DNA of 64,000 nt. Source: a virus. Below the pieces are notes generated by a model. It did no database searches and was not told where the DNA came from. It saw nothing but the letters and a program-made list of their open reading frames with translations. Below are positions 21,101 through 29,914 of this stretch, piece after piece; position 1 is the stretch's first letter, and each line of letters opens with the position of its first letter. The stretch spans positions 9,241 through 73,240 of IMG/VR virus record IMGVR_UViG_3300032323_002779; one strand, given 5' to 3'. Made by a program: the position numbers and the translations under genes.

Positions 21101-23495
21101 TCCAATAATTACCAAAGAGCAATTAGAGAATCAATACAAAATGGCTGACGGCGGAAGTACAGGTTCAGGTTTAGACCCTGTAAAAGTAAAAGTAGTTATG
21201 GCGGTAGGTCTTGATAGCGCAATTGAGTTCTATGATGCTGACTACCCAATCAGACCTTATCAGTTACTTGAAAGAGCAGTAAGAGCAGGTTATATTACTC
21301 TTGACGAAATAAACGAAAGAGTTGTTGATTCTGCTATGGAAACTGCTCAAGATAGCGAAGATATGGAGGAAGTCGGAAGTAGTGATTTTGGGGCTTATTT
21401 GCGTGATTTTTTAGACGAAGCAGGTTTTAAAGTTGGATATGTAAATGGTCGATTGACACGAGAGTATGCTAACGGCGGATTTATGAATGATGTTTATGCT
21501 AAAGGTGGTATATTTAATGACAATAACGCAAGTGTTTTTGGTTCTATTTTCCCGATTGGAACTGAATTTAAAAGCGGAATTTACAGAACAAATATTGGAA
21601 TAATAGGTGTTACCGATGTAAAAAACATTAATGGGTACGATTGGCATATTGTAACAAAATTACCTTACTACGAGGGTGGTCTAACTACTTACGCTTATGC
21701 AGGTAAGTTTGTAAATGCAGGTAAATTACGTCCGCTTAATAACTACCATTATAAAAGCAAAGGCGACCCTATGATTAAATTATATAAGGATAAAAAAGAA
21801 CCATTAAGAAATTCTGTAAAAAAGGTTGAAAAACAACATCTTTTGGCATTAGAAATTTTTAAAGAAAAAATGGAAAAAGGGGACTTTTCAGATAATAGTT
21901 TTGAAAATGATGTTTATGCTGACGGCGGATTTATGAATAATGTTTATGCTGACGGCGGTGGTGTTGATATGTTTTCAGAATTTGAATTAGACAAAAACGG
22001 AAATTTTTCTTCAACAATAAACGGTAAAAATTATGAAATAATTTACCGAGATGATAAAAGCCAATTGTATGACCTTTTTGAAAATGGAAAAAAAATAAGA
22101 AGCAGTAAATCTCTCCGTGATTTAATGAAATTTCAAAAATTTGCTGACGGCGGATTTATGAACGATGTTTATGCTGACGGTGGAGATTTAAGTGGTGTAG
22201 AACTGAATTTTACATTTGATACAGAGGGAGATGCTGAATATGAATATCCGCAAGAAGTTGAAAAAATTAGACTTTTGAGAGAAAGAATTAATTTTGATGA
22301 AGTTAGAGGTTCTATTGATTACGGAAAGACCAAAGACAATACTAATTTGGAGTTTTATAAAAACGGTAAATTGGTTATGACTTTGAAAGGAGATTACGAT
22401 ACCGCTTCTGAAATTTTAGATACTGATGTTGAAATTTTAGGTTCTAAACACAAAATTAACTACCACCCTTACGATGGTATGGGAGGTGTAGATTACTACG
22501 CTCTTAAAAGCCAATTAGAAAAAACGGTTTTTGCTGACGGCGGAAGTACCGAGCAAAATAATTGGTTAGAAAACCTACCTTATAAATTTGCTATTGATTT
22601 CGCTAATAAATTAGCAAAAAAAACACATAAAGACGTATTTGTTTACTACTATAAGCACGATGATTCTTATGCGATAGACACAAAACCTTTAACTAATGAA
22701 AGAAAACACTATGAGTTAAAAGAAATCGTAAAATATTCGGACGGCGGTTTTATGAATGATGTTTATGCTAAAGGTGGTTCAGCAGATAGTCTTTCTGTAA
22801 ATAAAGCAAGTATTCTTTCTGCGACAAAAAAATGTACTGACGGAGATTCTGATAGAAGCACTTGTCAAAGCGGAAATTTTGAAGTAACTATGGTTTATGA
22901 TTACGGTACATTAGATTTAGATTTTGTTTATTTGGACTATAATAATCCAAGATTTAATCCGTCTAAAGAGCATTACGCTTCTTATAGTTTTACAAAAGGA
23001 GGTAAAGGAGTTTTAACTGATTTTGACCAAACTGTATATACTAAACAAGGAAGAAGAACAGATGCGAAAACAATTATTTCAAAAACTATTGATGTGTTAA
23101 AATCTTTAGGCTATCCTGTTGATTTAATTGTAGATTCAGATGGAGAGGAAATACAAGATGCTAAATATGCTAACGGCGGAATTTTTGACGACAATGACGG
23201 GTTTATGAGAGCAGACAATAATAGAAATTTCAGATACCCTGAAATGGAAGTTTATGTAGAAACTTTTGAAGAACCGATTGATTTGACGAGCAATATTAGT
23301 GTTCAAACAAATGAGGTTGTTGTTAGACCTCTTGACGAAGACATCGATTTAAGCGATGATGGTAGAATAAGAGCAAGAATGACACAATCACATAGAGGTT
23401 CTGCTGAAAGTTTTTCTAAAATAAATCCAAGAGCATTTGAGTTTATTGGCGAAGAATTACCAATGCCTATATCTCACACACATAAAAACGATTAA
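15150..23495 (+). CDS. Giant modular polyprotein (2781 aa) with about 30 [FYML]xxGG motifs
   Basis: Long ORF; repeated YADGG/FADGG/YAKGG/YANGG between unrelated modules. Confidence 0.85.
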   Translation: MNATLLKKYETIDQSKVSEKDKKVLEQVKKLTNSFEETDEAKNKVAEKILDQITMLNPDAVKKPQVVAQKVAKAKKVAKAKKPATTSTAKGSGNNIMSVAKEIQKAGESWKDAMERAKQVLKERREKVVEQKKTELEKLYALVKTKKELQGFAKSDIQRDAVRDAKPRGARVVTKAGKTYNQYGEWDNKIGRKYWETRDRHSDRLAPNYPKDMPKLASGGAVSDAPFSVEVFKTKLRFDNQLPSSSKGDFPTFAKAKEFAIDMIDNGNYYAYINSKNGYLWGVDSKGVEQFADGGMFNTNVHSGTAFMDNAYFADGGELDDEMLKSIYSITELTSKREHKAYIALQNKNNKYDIIFEPYEKYINNREDYKDYKKLYQAGVRHLDGTPYYDNGGNVGQKKYQVQYNVGNVKYLVSFHDGIQKHKDGSNFYEIRTFNNKKDLEDFLNKLSKQGYREMGYNTAFDNGGMFEAPIAKMKEVKGKTVSVPVSEEIYSSEINEFVNYVDSFYGKKGIYAEDLNGGFTKAEIRKAVNKYIENLNSNGTWGGGDSLDRERVRQILQPSYSLLENGGGIDGGMNKLTIQDVSFANGGGVGKMPEWSVSITSEDGDTYDWVGFAKNEDDALYKAEQEAGFESVESGINEITDADGNKIEYANGGSLPFMTDPNFGNFQDTGMFESGGSMANLTEQEFLKQYFGVNVFTENPSQYFEIKKMSSSNDDKIDAFVKELKADGFTVKKRAYSDFTSVMGVKKKGSYELGGAFVMTDLAGHTGGSDGLGNPMPLSGTSGTYYTGLVGETGAMSSGELFARGGAVGDNVLGLKKGDIYKIIDTFHTASYDTTMSVFTFIDYEDKYGEIVLKSIPFPPNPKRKNDFIYVSDVSSDGIKILNDEEIGQVISRKYKNFVQNNYEAGGVMAQNQQVINDASQPYVITEAFGNPAQQLGMLAKGGSIENQYEGRTPEDVWDNWTEKQKIHFLLDHISNKEIVKSSNLEEICKLTGSELMDFENRKIIDGIKVVDIRNALVIHVREGQYAKGGSIPNNYEGREPEDIWNNWDLSQKLHFLSDHTEEVYGRISVKGETNDEINEFFGKLIYKKYEDLPLNTKFALVMHTTRGQYASGGSLGEELMGGQSNATLKPSGYHLVSAKGREIIVSDDGGNSKERWVKNNGFSGYRLVYKGNDYEFTDSFEGGGMFDPNVSDGTQFMNGVYANGGSIEEGDKVTITTSSLGKDYVGMSGTITSRKLLNDKYSVRLSNGLEMAFSKDEFKHNSINPRFAKGGFVGTVEFNAGDIVWQKDEKRYAFVMNNYGDPINGSSGEIRLDTTGNTPIFTYNKNFTKETGYNLVKLGEKGDTGKFTPEVLAEMKEQGKKYLDSAKSNKGSQQKENIAYIEKVVRRTLDGEFDDMVKPTISSETTYVPNADVKELSVVVKGELKNLTGSDIVNGVYIKNTGKSTPKADANAVFAKILKDAKEAKVGKSKKFDATDLKKINLEMVQKLVEAGYTEQQIRNIIFGYAFDNEIIADNELEYDNGIFSYEESYVAQKVDGLVQAKKENEFVLGIEYPDFDWQGIIKKYKISSKPKDLVRKLRAGSWGHTEYFYEVFVGENIVLGHNYGYKNFDADGKVKDDYIEKGKKVSDPTKQNAWQKEREYRAGFNGGYWYIVSSKIEIIDDVLKTLLAQKGGYCKEISFYDDNFAETLTENKISFADGGAIGIGKNGYVAFYKGKRIEVYADTMYEAQKTASQHFKARKDYDVNVVLAEVDGKPYINSTMFADGGSMSEDVSECKKLVSAFCKEFGDKFGLNEEAILEKVKFRDYLGYGASVFVSLSVSSNVTDLKVGETRPTGGYIIFTSDINPNGVTGKDDIARTYTIDIEIKGSKRYTQRRTEEGRYFKSYNYGRTIEEAMDKTDTKIIYDLYPLEKKDDLKFKMSHLFADGGGVSGKLESGVYRVGKPTKVSANLYEQKIAEIFDNGDISTASDYGRKLGDFKSQKYPIITKEQLENQYKMADGGSTGSGLDPVKVKVVMAVGLDSAIEFYDADYPIRPYQLLERAVRAGYITLDEINERVVDSAMETAQDSEDMEEVGSSDFGAYLRDFLDEAGFKVGYVNGRLTREYANGGFMNDVYAKGGIFNDNNASVFGSIFPIGTEFKSGIYRTNIGIIGVTDVKNINGYDWHIVTKLPYYEGGLTTYAYAGKFVNAGKLRPLNNYHYKSKGDPMIKLYKDKKEPLRNSVKKVEKQHLLALEIFKEKMEKGDFSDNSFENDVYADGGFMNNVYADGGGVDMFSEFELDKNGNFSSTINGKNYEIIYRDDKSQLYDLFENGKKIRSSKSLRDLMKFQKFADGGFMNDVYADGGDLSGVELNFTFDTEGDAEYEYPQEVEKIRLLRERINFDEVRGSIDYGKTKDNTNLEFYKNGKLVMTLKGDYDTASEILDTDVEILGSKHKINYHPYDGMGGVDYYALKSQLEKTVFADGGSTEQNNWLENLPYKFAIDFANKLAKKTHKDVFVYYYKHDDSYAIDTKPLTNERKHYELKEIVKYSDGGFMNDVYAKGGSADSLSVNKASILSATKKCTDGDSDRSTCQSGNFEVTMVYDYGTLDLDFVYLDYNNPRFNPSKEHYASYSFTKGGKGVLTDFDQTVYTKQGRRTDAKTIISKTIDVLKSLGYPVDLIVDSDGEEIQDAKYANGGIFDDNDGFMRADNNRNFRYPEMEVYVETFEEPIDLTSNISVQTNEVVVRPLDEDIDLSDDGRIRARMTQSHRGSAESFSKINPRAFEFIGEELPMPISHTHKND

Positions 23496-23507
23496 TTTAG
23501 AAATACT

Positions 23508-26500
23508 ATGAAGTTATTTAATAAAACAATAGATAGACAATTATTTAGTCAATATTCACTTGGTAGCGACCTCTCTAAACAAGAGGTTGTTGTCAAGATA
23601 TTTAATCCTCAAGGCGCAGGGACGTGGTTTATATTAAATTCCGACCCTGAAGACCCTGATTACCTTTGGGCTATTGTTGATTTGGGGTATGGTGCTGAAG
23701 TTGGTTCGGTTAGCCGTAGTGACCTTGAAAATTATCGTGGTCGATTTGGATTAGGCTTTGAGCGTGATTTGTCTTTTGACCCTATAAACGCATTAGAACT
23801 TTATCAAGGGCTTCTTAATGGAGAATATTATGCTGACGGCGGAAACCTTTCAAGAGATAGAAAATTCTTGAATCATAGACAGAAATACGAAGTTCGTTAT
23901 TCAAAGGGTAAAAATCGAAAAGGTTATGGTTATGCTGACGGTGGGGATATTTCAAGCGAATTACAAGATTTGTTTTCTAAAATGAAAAACAGTTTAAGTA
24001 AAAAAGATTTTGATTCTTTTAATGAATTATCTAATCAAGTTCACGAAATATCTGATTCAAGGGGATTAAATGAAGAGGAGTACGATTTATGGGATTCTTT
24101 AAGAGAAGAAGAAAGAAACTTGCAAATGGAAAATTTTTTAAATAAATCTAAATATGCTGACGGTGGCGACATTGAAAGTTTTAGCGATAACCAACGTATG
24201 ATTATGAATCAAAACGTTGAGGTAGAGCATCATCACGAGGAATTAGAGGATATTTTAGAAGACGAAGTAGAAGTACCTGCTTGGGTTGTCGCAAAAATGG
24301 AAACCGCAACACAAAACCTTTCAGACATTACTCATTACCTTGACGGACAAAAAGAGATAATGGAAGACCAATTAGAGGGAGATGATGACGATGATGACGA
24401 TGATGACGATGATGATGAAATGACGGAAATCGAAAACAAAGAAGTTGTCGAACCAATAAATGTTTCTGCGGGAACAAAGGCAGAATTGACTAAAAAGTTT
24501 ACTGATGATGCTTGGGGGAACTTGAGAGGTTTCTTGAAAGGTATGGAGGGAATTGACCTGCGTGACGATTATACGTTTGATTACAAGGACGAACAGTTTG
24601 AAGTTGAGCCAATCATTAACTCTGATGAAAATGGTGTTTCTAATGCCGTGTTTACGATTTTTGACGGGGACGGAGAAGAACAAGGAGAGATTAGTTATAG
24701 CCGTGAGGGTGGAAAACAAAAGTTTACTGCTAACTCTGATTATTTTGAGTGGAGAAATGCGAAGTTTGAAGACGGCGGGTATTTTGACGGAACTATCCCG
24801 AATGTTTCAACCTATATGAGTACTTATGCTGATGGTGGAGAAATAAATCTTTGGAAGAGCGAACCAAATAACAAACCTGAAAAATTAAAAACTTTTAAAT
24901 CATTACGGGCTTTTAATGCGTATATGACTAAAAACGCTAAATCCTTTAGAGATGAACATTCTAAAAATGGTGCAGGATTTTATGGGTTTGAAGCAGATGC
25001 TACTCAACAAGAAGTTGAAAGAAGTTTAGAAAATTTATATACTTCTGAAAATCAATATGCTGACGGTGGATTTATGGCTAATGTTTACGCAAAAGGCGGA
25101 GAAATTGCCAAAGCAGAAATTCTTGGTTTGAGCAAAAACATAATGGGAACTACTGATATTGAAATGAAAATTTCAGGAATGAGAAAATCTCAAGACTTCA
25201 TTGTTTACCCAATTAGCAAAGACGATACAGATAAAATTATTACTATTCAATCTTCTACGAGAATTGGTAAAATTGATTTAAGTTCAGGTCGTGGATTAAT
25301 GAGCCAAAGCCATTCTAACGGTGCTTACTTTGTGCATTTCCAAATGGACAAACTTACTCCTTTTATGTTAAGTGAAAGTGATTTACAAGACCTAAAATCT
25401 CACATATTTAAAACTGCGGGAGATAATGTAGGTTCGAGAGGTATTGTTTCTGATAATTCAGGGGCTTCAAGAATATTTGCTGACGGAGGAGAAGTTACGC
25501 CAAAATTAAATATGGAAATAACAAAAAGAGCAGAAGAAATTTATGCTAAAAATGGCGGTAAAACAAAAAAAGACTTTGACATAGCGTATGATAAGGCAAT
25601 AAAAGAATTTGGCTACGACCCTGAATATTTCAAAAAAGAAATGCGGGAAATTGGTTCAGAATATGGGTCTGAAGATGATGATTTTTACGCAAAAGGCGGA
25701 GAAGTTTATTCGCACAAACATAGTAAAGGTTGGGGCGAGGACATAACTATTGAGTTGTTACAACCTACGGCTAAAGGTTGGAAAGTTAAGCAAACCACTA
25801 AAAAAGGAAGAAAAACATCAACCAAAACTGCCTTTTTCAGTAAAGAAGAAATAAGCGAACTATTTGAAAAACAATATGCAAAAGGGGGAATTACTTACTA
25901 CAAAAGCGAAAATGAACGTTTAAGCAGACCTAAAAGCGATATGGAGGAAGAGGTTTTTCAAAAAGTAAAAAACCAAATCAACCCTGAATTATTTGTTGGG
26001 AACTTTGGTTGGAAAACCCCGATGAACAAAACTACTTATGGGTATTTGTATTCGTTGGACGACTTCGACAAAGATTATGTGAAAGACGTAAAACTTAAAC
26101 AGGGAGAGGTAATTTTTAGATACGTCACTCGTATTACGGCTATTGGCGGAATGATGCCTTTTATTAAGATAAACATTGAAAAAGGGCTTTTGTATTTTCC
26201 TGTTTCAAACGATAATGATGATATAATTTTTGAAACAAAAGGCGTGACTCCGTTGTGGATAAGTTTAATCGAGGATAGTTTCGCTAAAGGCGGAATTGTT
26301 GTTACTTCAATCAAAGATATACCGAATTTTGAGGAAAGGTTGAATCAAGGTAAAATAACTTATCGTGGATTAGGTTTGGGCAAATTATTTGATGATTTCT
26401 ATGAATTAACAGGAACAACGGGAACAAGAATAAAAGTTGACGGAAAAGAATACTATATTACCGATGAAGAATTTAAAACTTTCTCAAGAGATGCTGACGG

Positions 26501-27761
26501 AAAATTGAGAGTCCGTTTTGATGCGCCTTATAGAAAAGGATATGCTAACGGTGGAGGGATAGGTTTTATTCCTATGGATTTAGAAGAAACTTTGCGTATT
26601 ACGGCTAAATGGGGCGGAACTGACATCAAGGGTGTTATTGGTATTTTAAATGCTATGATTGATTCAGGTTTGACAGACGAAGATTTACAACCAAAACCAA
26701 CAAAATCGGGTAGCGCATATCAAAACGCACTCGCAAAAAAGACAAAAGAAATTTGGGCTAAAATTGAGCCGAATTACAAAGGCGACTTCAAAGGCTATAT
26801 GTATTATAGCACTATTCTTCACTTGGTTGAAAGGTCAACAACTTCTGATAATACTTTGAAGCGATTTAAACCTTTCAGAAAGTATCAAAAAGATTCTTAT
26901 GCTGACGGTGGTTTTATGAATGATGTTTATGCTGACGGCGGACAAATCAGAGTTGGCGACAGATTTAAGTACGATTGGACTGACGGCAGAACAGGTGGTG
27001 TGAGAGGTTATGATGTTGTTGAGGTAATAAAAAGCAACGCCACAAGTAGCAGGGACTTCAAAACTAAAGTTATGGTTTTGAAAGTAATTGAAAGTTCAGA
27101 CCCAAGCAACGTTGGACGAATAGATGAAGACCTTAAACCAAGTTTCAAAAAAGCAATTAGATTAGGTATGATAGTGCCGTTGCAAGAAAGAAGAAGAAAA
27201 ATGGTTGACGAATTTTACGCTAAAGGAGGAATGTCAAAATTTGAGAAACTTTCTGCTAAAGTGGCTAAAGAGTACGAGGGTAAACCCGTAAAAAGCGAAT
27301 ATCAAGACGAATACGGTAAAGTTTATTCTAAAGCGGAGGCGCAAGAAGTGGGCGACAAAGTTGCAGGAAAAGTAAAGGCGATGCAAACTGATAAAAAATC
27401 ATTTGGAGGCTTTTTTAGCGGGGCGAAAAAGTTGGTAACTCCGAGCAAAAATTACCCTAATTTAAGAGGCAAACAGGTTATGCTAAAGTCAGGTAAATAT
27501 GTTCAGGTTTTTGAACAAATGGACAACAAAATAAGTATTGTAGAGTTGGGCAAAATAGGTTCAGGCGTAAGACCACATTATATTGACATTTCTGAAGTTG
27601 ATATGGATTCTTTTAAAGCAGGAGGTAAAATTGCAAGGAAAAGAGTGAACGGCGGAACTGAAACCCTAAAAAGAGCAAATGAATTGGCTAAAAAAATCCG
27701 TAAAGACGGAGAAAGTTGGTTAGACGCTAAAAAAAGAGCGTTTGCGCAATTGAAAAAATAA
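23508..27761 (+). CDS. Modular polyprotein (1417 aa) with N-terminal DUF2958-like domain and about 16 GG motifs
   Basis: VVKIFNPQGAGTWF..DLGYGAEVGSVS..L..GLGFERDLSF; repeated [YF]A[DK]GG. Confidence 0.85.
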   Translation: MKLFNKTIDRQLFSQYSLGSDLSKQEVVVKIFNPQGAGTWFILNSDPEDPDYLWAIVDLGYGAEVGSVSRSDLENYRGRFGLGFERDLSFDPINALELYQGLLNGEYYADGGNLSRDRKFLNHRQKYEVRYSKGKNRKGYGYADGGDISSELQDLFSKMKNSLSKKDFDSFNELSNQVHEISDSRGLNEEEYDLWDSLREEERNLQMENFLNKSKYADGGDIESFSDNQRMIMNQNVEVEHHHEELEDILEDEVEVPAWVVAKMETATQNLSDITHYLDGQKEIMEDQLEGDDDDDDDDDDDDEMTEIENKEVVEPINVSAGTKAELTKKFTDDAWGNLRGFLKGMEGIDLRDDYTFDYKDEQFEVEPIINSDENGVSNAVFTIFDGDGEEQGEISYSREGGKQKFTANSDYFEWRNAKFEDGGYFDGTIPNVSTYMSTYADGGEINLWKSEPNNKPEKLKTFKSLRAFNAYMTKNAKSFRDEHSKNGAGFYGFEADATQQEVERSLENLYTSENQYADGGFMANVYAKGGEIAKAEILGLSKNIMGTTDIEMKISGMRKSQDFIVYPISKDDTDKIITIQSSTRIGKIDLSSGRGLMSQSHSNGAYFVHFQMDKLTPFMLSESDLQDLKSHIFKTAGDNVGSRGIVSDNSGASRIFADGGEVTPKLNMEITKRAEEIYAKNGGKTKKDFDIAYDKAIKEFGYDPEYFKKEMREIGSEYGSEDDDFYAKGGEVYSHKHSKGWGEDITIELLQPTAKGWKVKQTTKKGRKTSTKTAFFSKEEISELFEKQYAKGGITYYKSENERLSRPKSDMEEEVFQKVKNQINPELFVGNFGWKTPMNKTTYGYLYSLDDFDKDYVKDVKLKQGEVIFRYVTRITAIGGMMPFIKINIEKGLLYFPVSNDNDDIIFETKGVTPLWISLIEDSFAKGGIVVTSIKDIPNFEERLNQGKITYRGLGLGKLFDDFYELTGTTGTRIKVDGKEYYITDEEFKTFSRDADGKLRVRFDAPYRKGYANGGGIGFIPMDLEETLRITAKWGGTDIKGVIGILNAMIDSGLTDEDLQPKPTKSGSAYQNALAKKTKEIWAKIEPNYKGDFKGYMYYSTILHLVERSTTSDNTLKRFKPFRKYQKDSYADGGFMNDVYADGGQIRVGDRFKYDWTDGRTGGVRGYDVVEVIKSNATSSRDFKTKVMVLKVIESSDPSNVGRIDEDLKPSFKKAIRLGMIVPLQERRRKMVDEFYAKGGMSKFEKLSAKVAKEYEGKPVKSEYQDEYGKVYSKAEAQEVGDKVAGKVKAMQTDKKSFGGFFSGAKKLVTPSKNYPNLRGKQVMLKSGKYVQVFEQMDNKISIVELGKIGSGVRPHYIDISEVDMDSFKAGGKIARKRVNGGTETLKRANELAKKIRKDGESWLDAKKRAFAQLKK
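24381..24416 (+). repeat. GAT/GAC repeat encoding poly-Asp (about 12 residues)
   Basis: gatgatgacgatgatgac... Confidence 0.9.
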
Positions 27762-27762
27762 T

Positions 27763-28443
27763 ATGAACAAGAAATTATTTTATACCGTAACCACATTGAT
27801 TGGGATTACTATAATTTATTTTACAGTTAAGAAATTCTTCGGCAAAAAGGCGCAACCTGTTGGTAGCGTTCTTTTTGTTGGGGATTCTATTACTGCAATC
27901 GAACACGATGGAAAACCTGTTACCACTACATATCCAAACATCATAAAAAAAGAGTTAGAACCTAAAGGGGTCAAAGTTGATGTTGTGGCGCAGGGCGGTA
28001 AAAGAACTGATTGGATATTGGCTAATTTAATTGAAAAATTAAAAACTAACACTTACGACAGAGTTTATATCTACGGAGGGGTTAACGATATGTTTAGTGC
28101 GGTTTCCAAACAAAGAGCATTGCAAAACGTTCAGAAAATGGTTGATTTAATAAAAAGCAAGGGCGCAGAGCCGTTTGTAATTATTGGATATGATGCAGAA
28201 ACTTTTATGGACAATGACAAGTTAAAACCAACAAGTTATGTTCCCACTAAAGCAGGAATGATAGAATTAAAAAAGAAATATGTTGATTACCAAAATTCGA
28301 TAGCAGACACTATTAAGGGGGCTACTATTGTTGAAAAGTTCAACATACCAAGCAGTATGACCACCGATGCAATACACCCGACACCAAGAGGGCAAAAAAT
28401 CATCGCAGAAAAACTTTTAGAAAACTTGAGTAAAAGCGTGTAA
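27763..28443 (+). CDS. Membrane-anchored SGNH/GDSL hydrolase
   Basis: N-terminal TM; FVGDSIT, GGVND and DAIHP blocks. Confidence 0.88.
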   Translation: MNKKLFYTVTTLIGITIIYFTVKKFFGKKAQPVGSVLFVGDSITAIEHDGKPVTTTYPNIIKKELEPKGVKVDVVAQGGKRTDWILANLIEKLKTNTYDRVYIYGGVNDMFSAVSKQRALQNVQKMVDLIKSKGAEPFVIIGYDAETFMDNDKLKPTSYVPTKAGMIELKKKYVDYQNSIADTIKGATIVEKFNIPSSMTTDAIHPTPRGQKIIAEKLLENLSKSV

Positions 28444-28465
28444 AACAAAAAGAATGTAATAATTA

Positions 28466-28494
28466 TTTGCATATCTAATAATTTTTTATATTTG
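28466..28494 (+). promoter_or_regulatory. Bacteroidota sigma70 promoter
   Basis: TTTG-N17-TATATTTG in the intergenic gap before 28529. Confidence 0.6.
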
Positions 28495-28528
28495 TAAATT
28501 AAATTAACTTTATTAAGTTCAAAACACT

Positions 28529-29023
28529 ATGGAAACAATTAATGATTTATTAAGAGCGTTGGACAACAAAGTACCTGCTTCAATTGCTAAAAGATTAGAC
28601 GGTTTAAGTAAACTGAATGATAAATTAGTATTAGCAAGACAGGAAAATAGTGAAAATCCAACAGAGGAATCGCAAGAGAAATTAGAACAGATTATTGAAT
28701 TCATCTCGGACACCCAAGAGGATTTAAGAGAAGATTTGGCTGAACTTGTTGCTAAAAAAAGAGAGGCGGACGCAAAAGCCCGTCAAATTGCTAAAAACAA
28801 AGCAGATGCAGAGGCTAAAAAATTAGAGGAAGCAGAAGCCCTTAAAGCAAAGGAAAAAGAAGAATTAGAGCAGAAAGAATTATTGGAAAAACAAGCACTT
28901 GAGGCTACTCCAACAACTGACCCAAAAAAGAAGTCAGGAATTGGTTGGGGAGGTTTAGTTTTAGGAGGTGCGTTATTAATTCTTTCCGCAGGTGCAATAA
29001 ACTATTTTGGAAAAAAACGATAA
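28529..29023 (+). CDS. Coiled-coil protein with C-terminal TM anchor
   Basis: K/E/A-rich helix, then GIGWGGLVLGGALLILSAGAINYFGKKR. Confidence 0.8.
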   Translation: METINDLLRALDNKVPASIAKRLDGLSKLNDKLVLARQENSENPTEESQEKLEQIIEFISDTQEDLREDLAELVAKKREADAKARQIAKNKADAEAKKLEEAEALKAKEKEELEQKELLEKQALEATPTTDPKKKSGIGWGGLVLGGALLILSAGAINYFGKKR

Positions 29024-29191
29024 ATGACAAAAGCGCAAAAAATTTTATTAGTAGTAGGCATTATAGGTGTTGGAATCGGAGGCTTTGTTCTCACGAAATA
29101 CCTTACTCGTAACGTTAGAAAAATTCGAGGAGGAACTATTACGTTACAAACGTATGATACTCCTCCAAGTGAAGAACCTTTAAGCGAATAA
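29024..29191 (+). CDS. Small membrane protein (55 aa, MTKAQKILLVVGIIGVG...), not in the ORF track
   Basis: Fills the gap exactly; N-terminal TM. Confidence 0.75.
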   Translation: MTKAQKILLVVGIIGVGIGGFVLTKYLTRNVRKIRGGTITLQTYDTPPSEEPLSE

Positions 29192-29193
29192 TT

Positions 29194-29904
29194 ATGGGAA
29201 AGTACACGAAAATAGAGTTTAAAGTACCTGATGTTAATAGAAGTTTTGCGCAGGGAAGTTATAAATATTCAAACCAAAGTGTGATTACGGCAAATACTGC
29301 TTTATTAAAAAAAATAGTCAGCACCTATTCACGCCAAATAAACACTTGGGGAGAAGAATTTGAAATTGATAATTCTATAATTGCGAGTTTTATTGCAACC
29401 GAAAGCGGAGGCAAAAACTCTCCTCCAAATAAATTCGATGCAACAGGTCTTATGCAAGTTACCCCAAATGCAGTTTGGGAAACTATTGCTAAATGGAGAG
29501 TAATGGTAGATTCTCCGTTATCCGAAAAAGCAAAATCTTTTTTCAACAAAGTTATTCCGTCAAGCAAAAATTATAGTCCAAATAAATTGCCAACTTCTGC
29601 TATTAGAAGTGAAATACTTTTGGCATTACAAAAAAATCCTGAATTTAATATCGCAATAGGTACTGCGCTTTTAAGATGGCTTTTAGAAGCATTTAAAGAC
29701 GGAAACACTACTCACTTAAATAAAGTAATGGTTTCTTATAACGCAGGTTACTACTCTATGAGAAATAAAGTCAAAGGCAAATTGACTACGGCAGAATTGC
29801 TTAACAACAAGTCAATTCCTTTTGAAAGCAGAGCGTATCTTTTAAAGATGTTAGGTATAAATGGATTTTTAGATTTGTGGTTTAAGAGTAATATAAACGT
29901 TTAA
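29194..29904 (+). CDS. Lytic transglycosylase (SLT family)
   Basis: IATESGG catalytic Glu, GLMQV and SYNAG motifs. Confidence 0.88.
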   Translation: MGKYTKIEFKVPDVNRSFAQGSYKYSNQSVITANTALLKKIVSTYSRQINTWGEEFEIDNSIIASFIATESGGKNSPPNKFDATGLMQVTPNAVWETIAKWRVMVDSPLSEKAKSFFNKVIPSSKNYSPNKLPTSAIRSEILLALQKNPEFNIAIGTALLRWLLEAFKDGNTTHLNKVMVSYNAGYYSMRNKVKGKLTTAELLNNKSIPFESRAYLLKMLGINGFLDLWFKSNINV

Positions 29905-29914
29905 AATTAAAAAT

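Noticed and set aside
15150-23495. Tape measure protein or virion RNA polymerase, suggested by size
   Set aside because: No long helical/TM tape-measure pattern and no DxDGD-type polymerase motif recognised; the protein is a mosaic of short modules
21463-26942. CRISPR array or integron attC sites from the recurring ~45-nt unit
   Set aside because: Copies are in frame inside ORFs, vary at synonymous positions, are irregularly spaced and are not palindromic; no cas or integrase gene is seen
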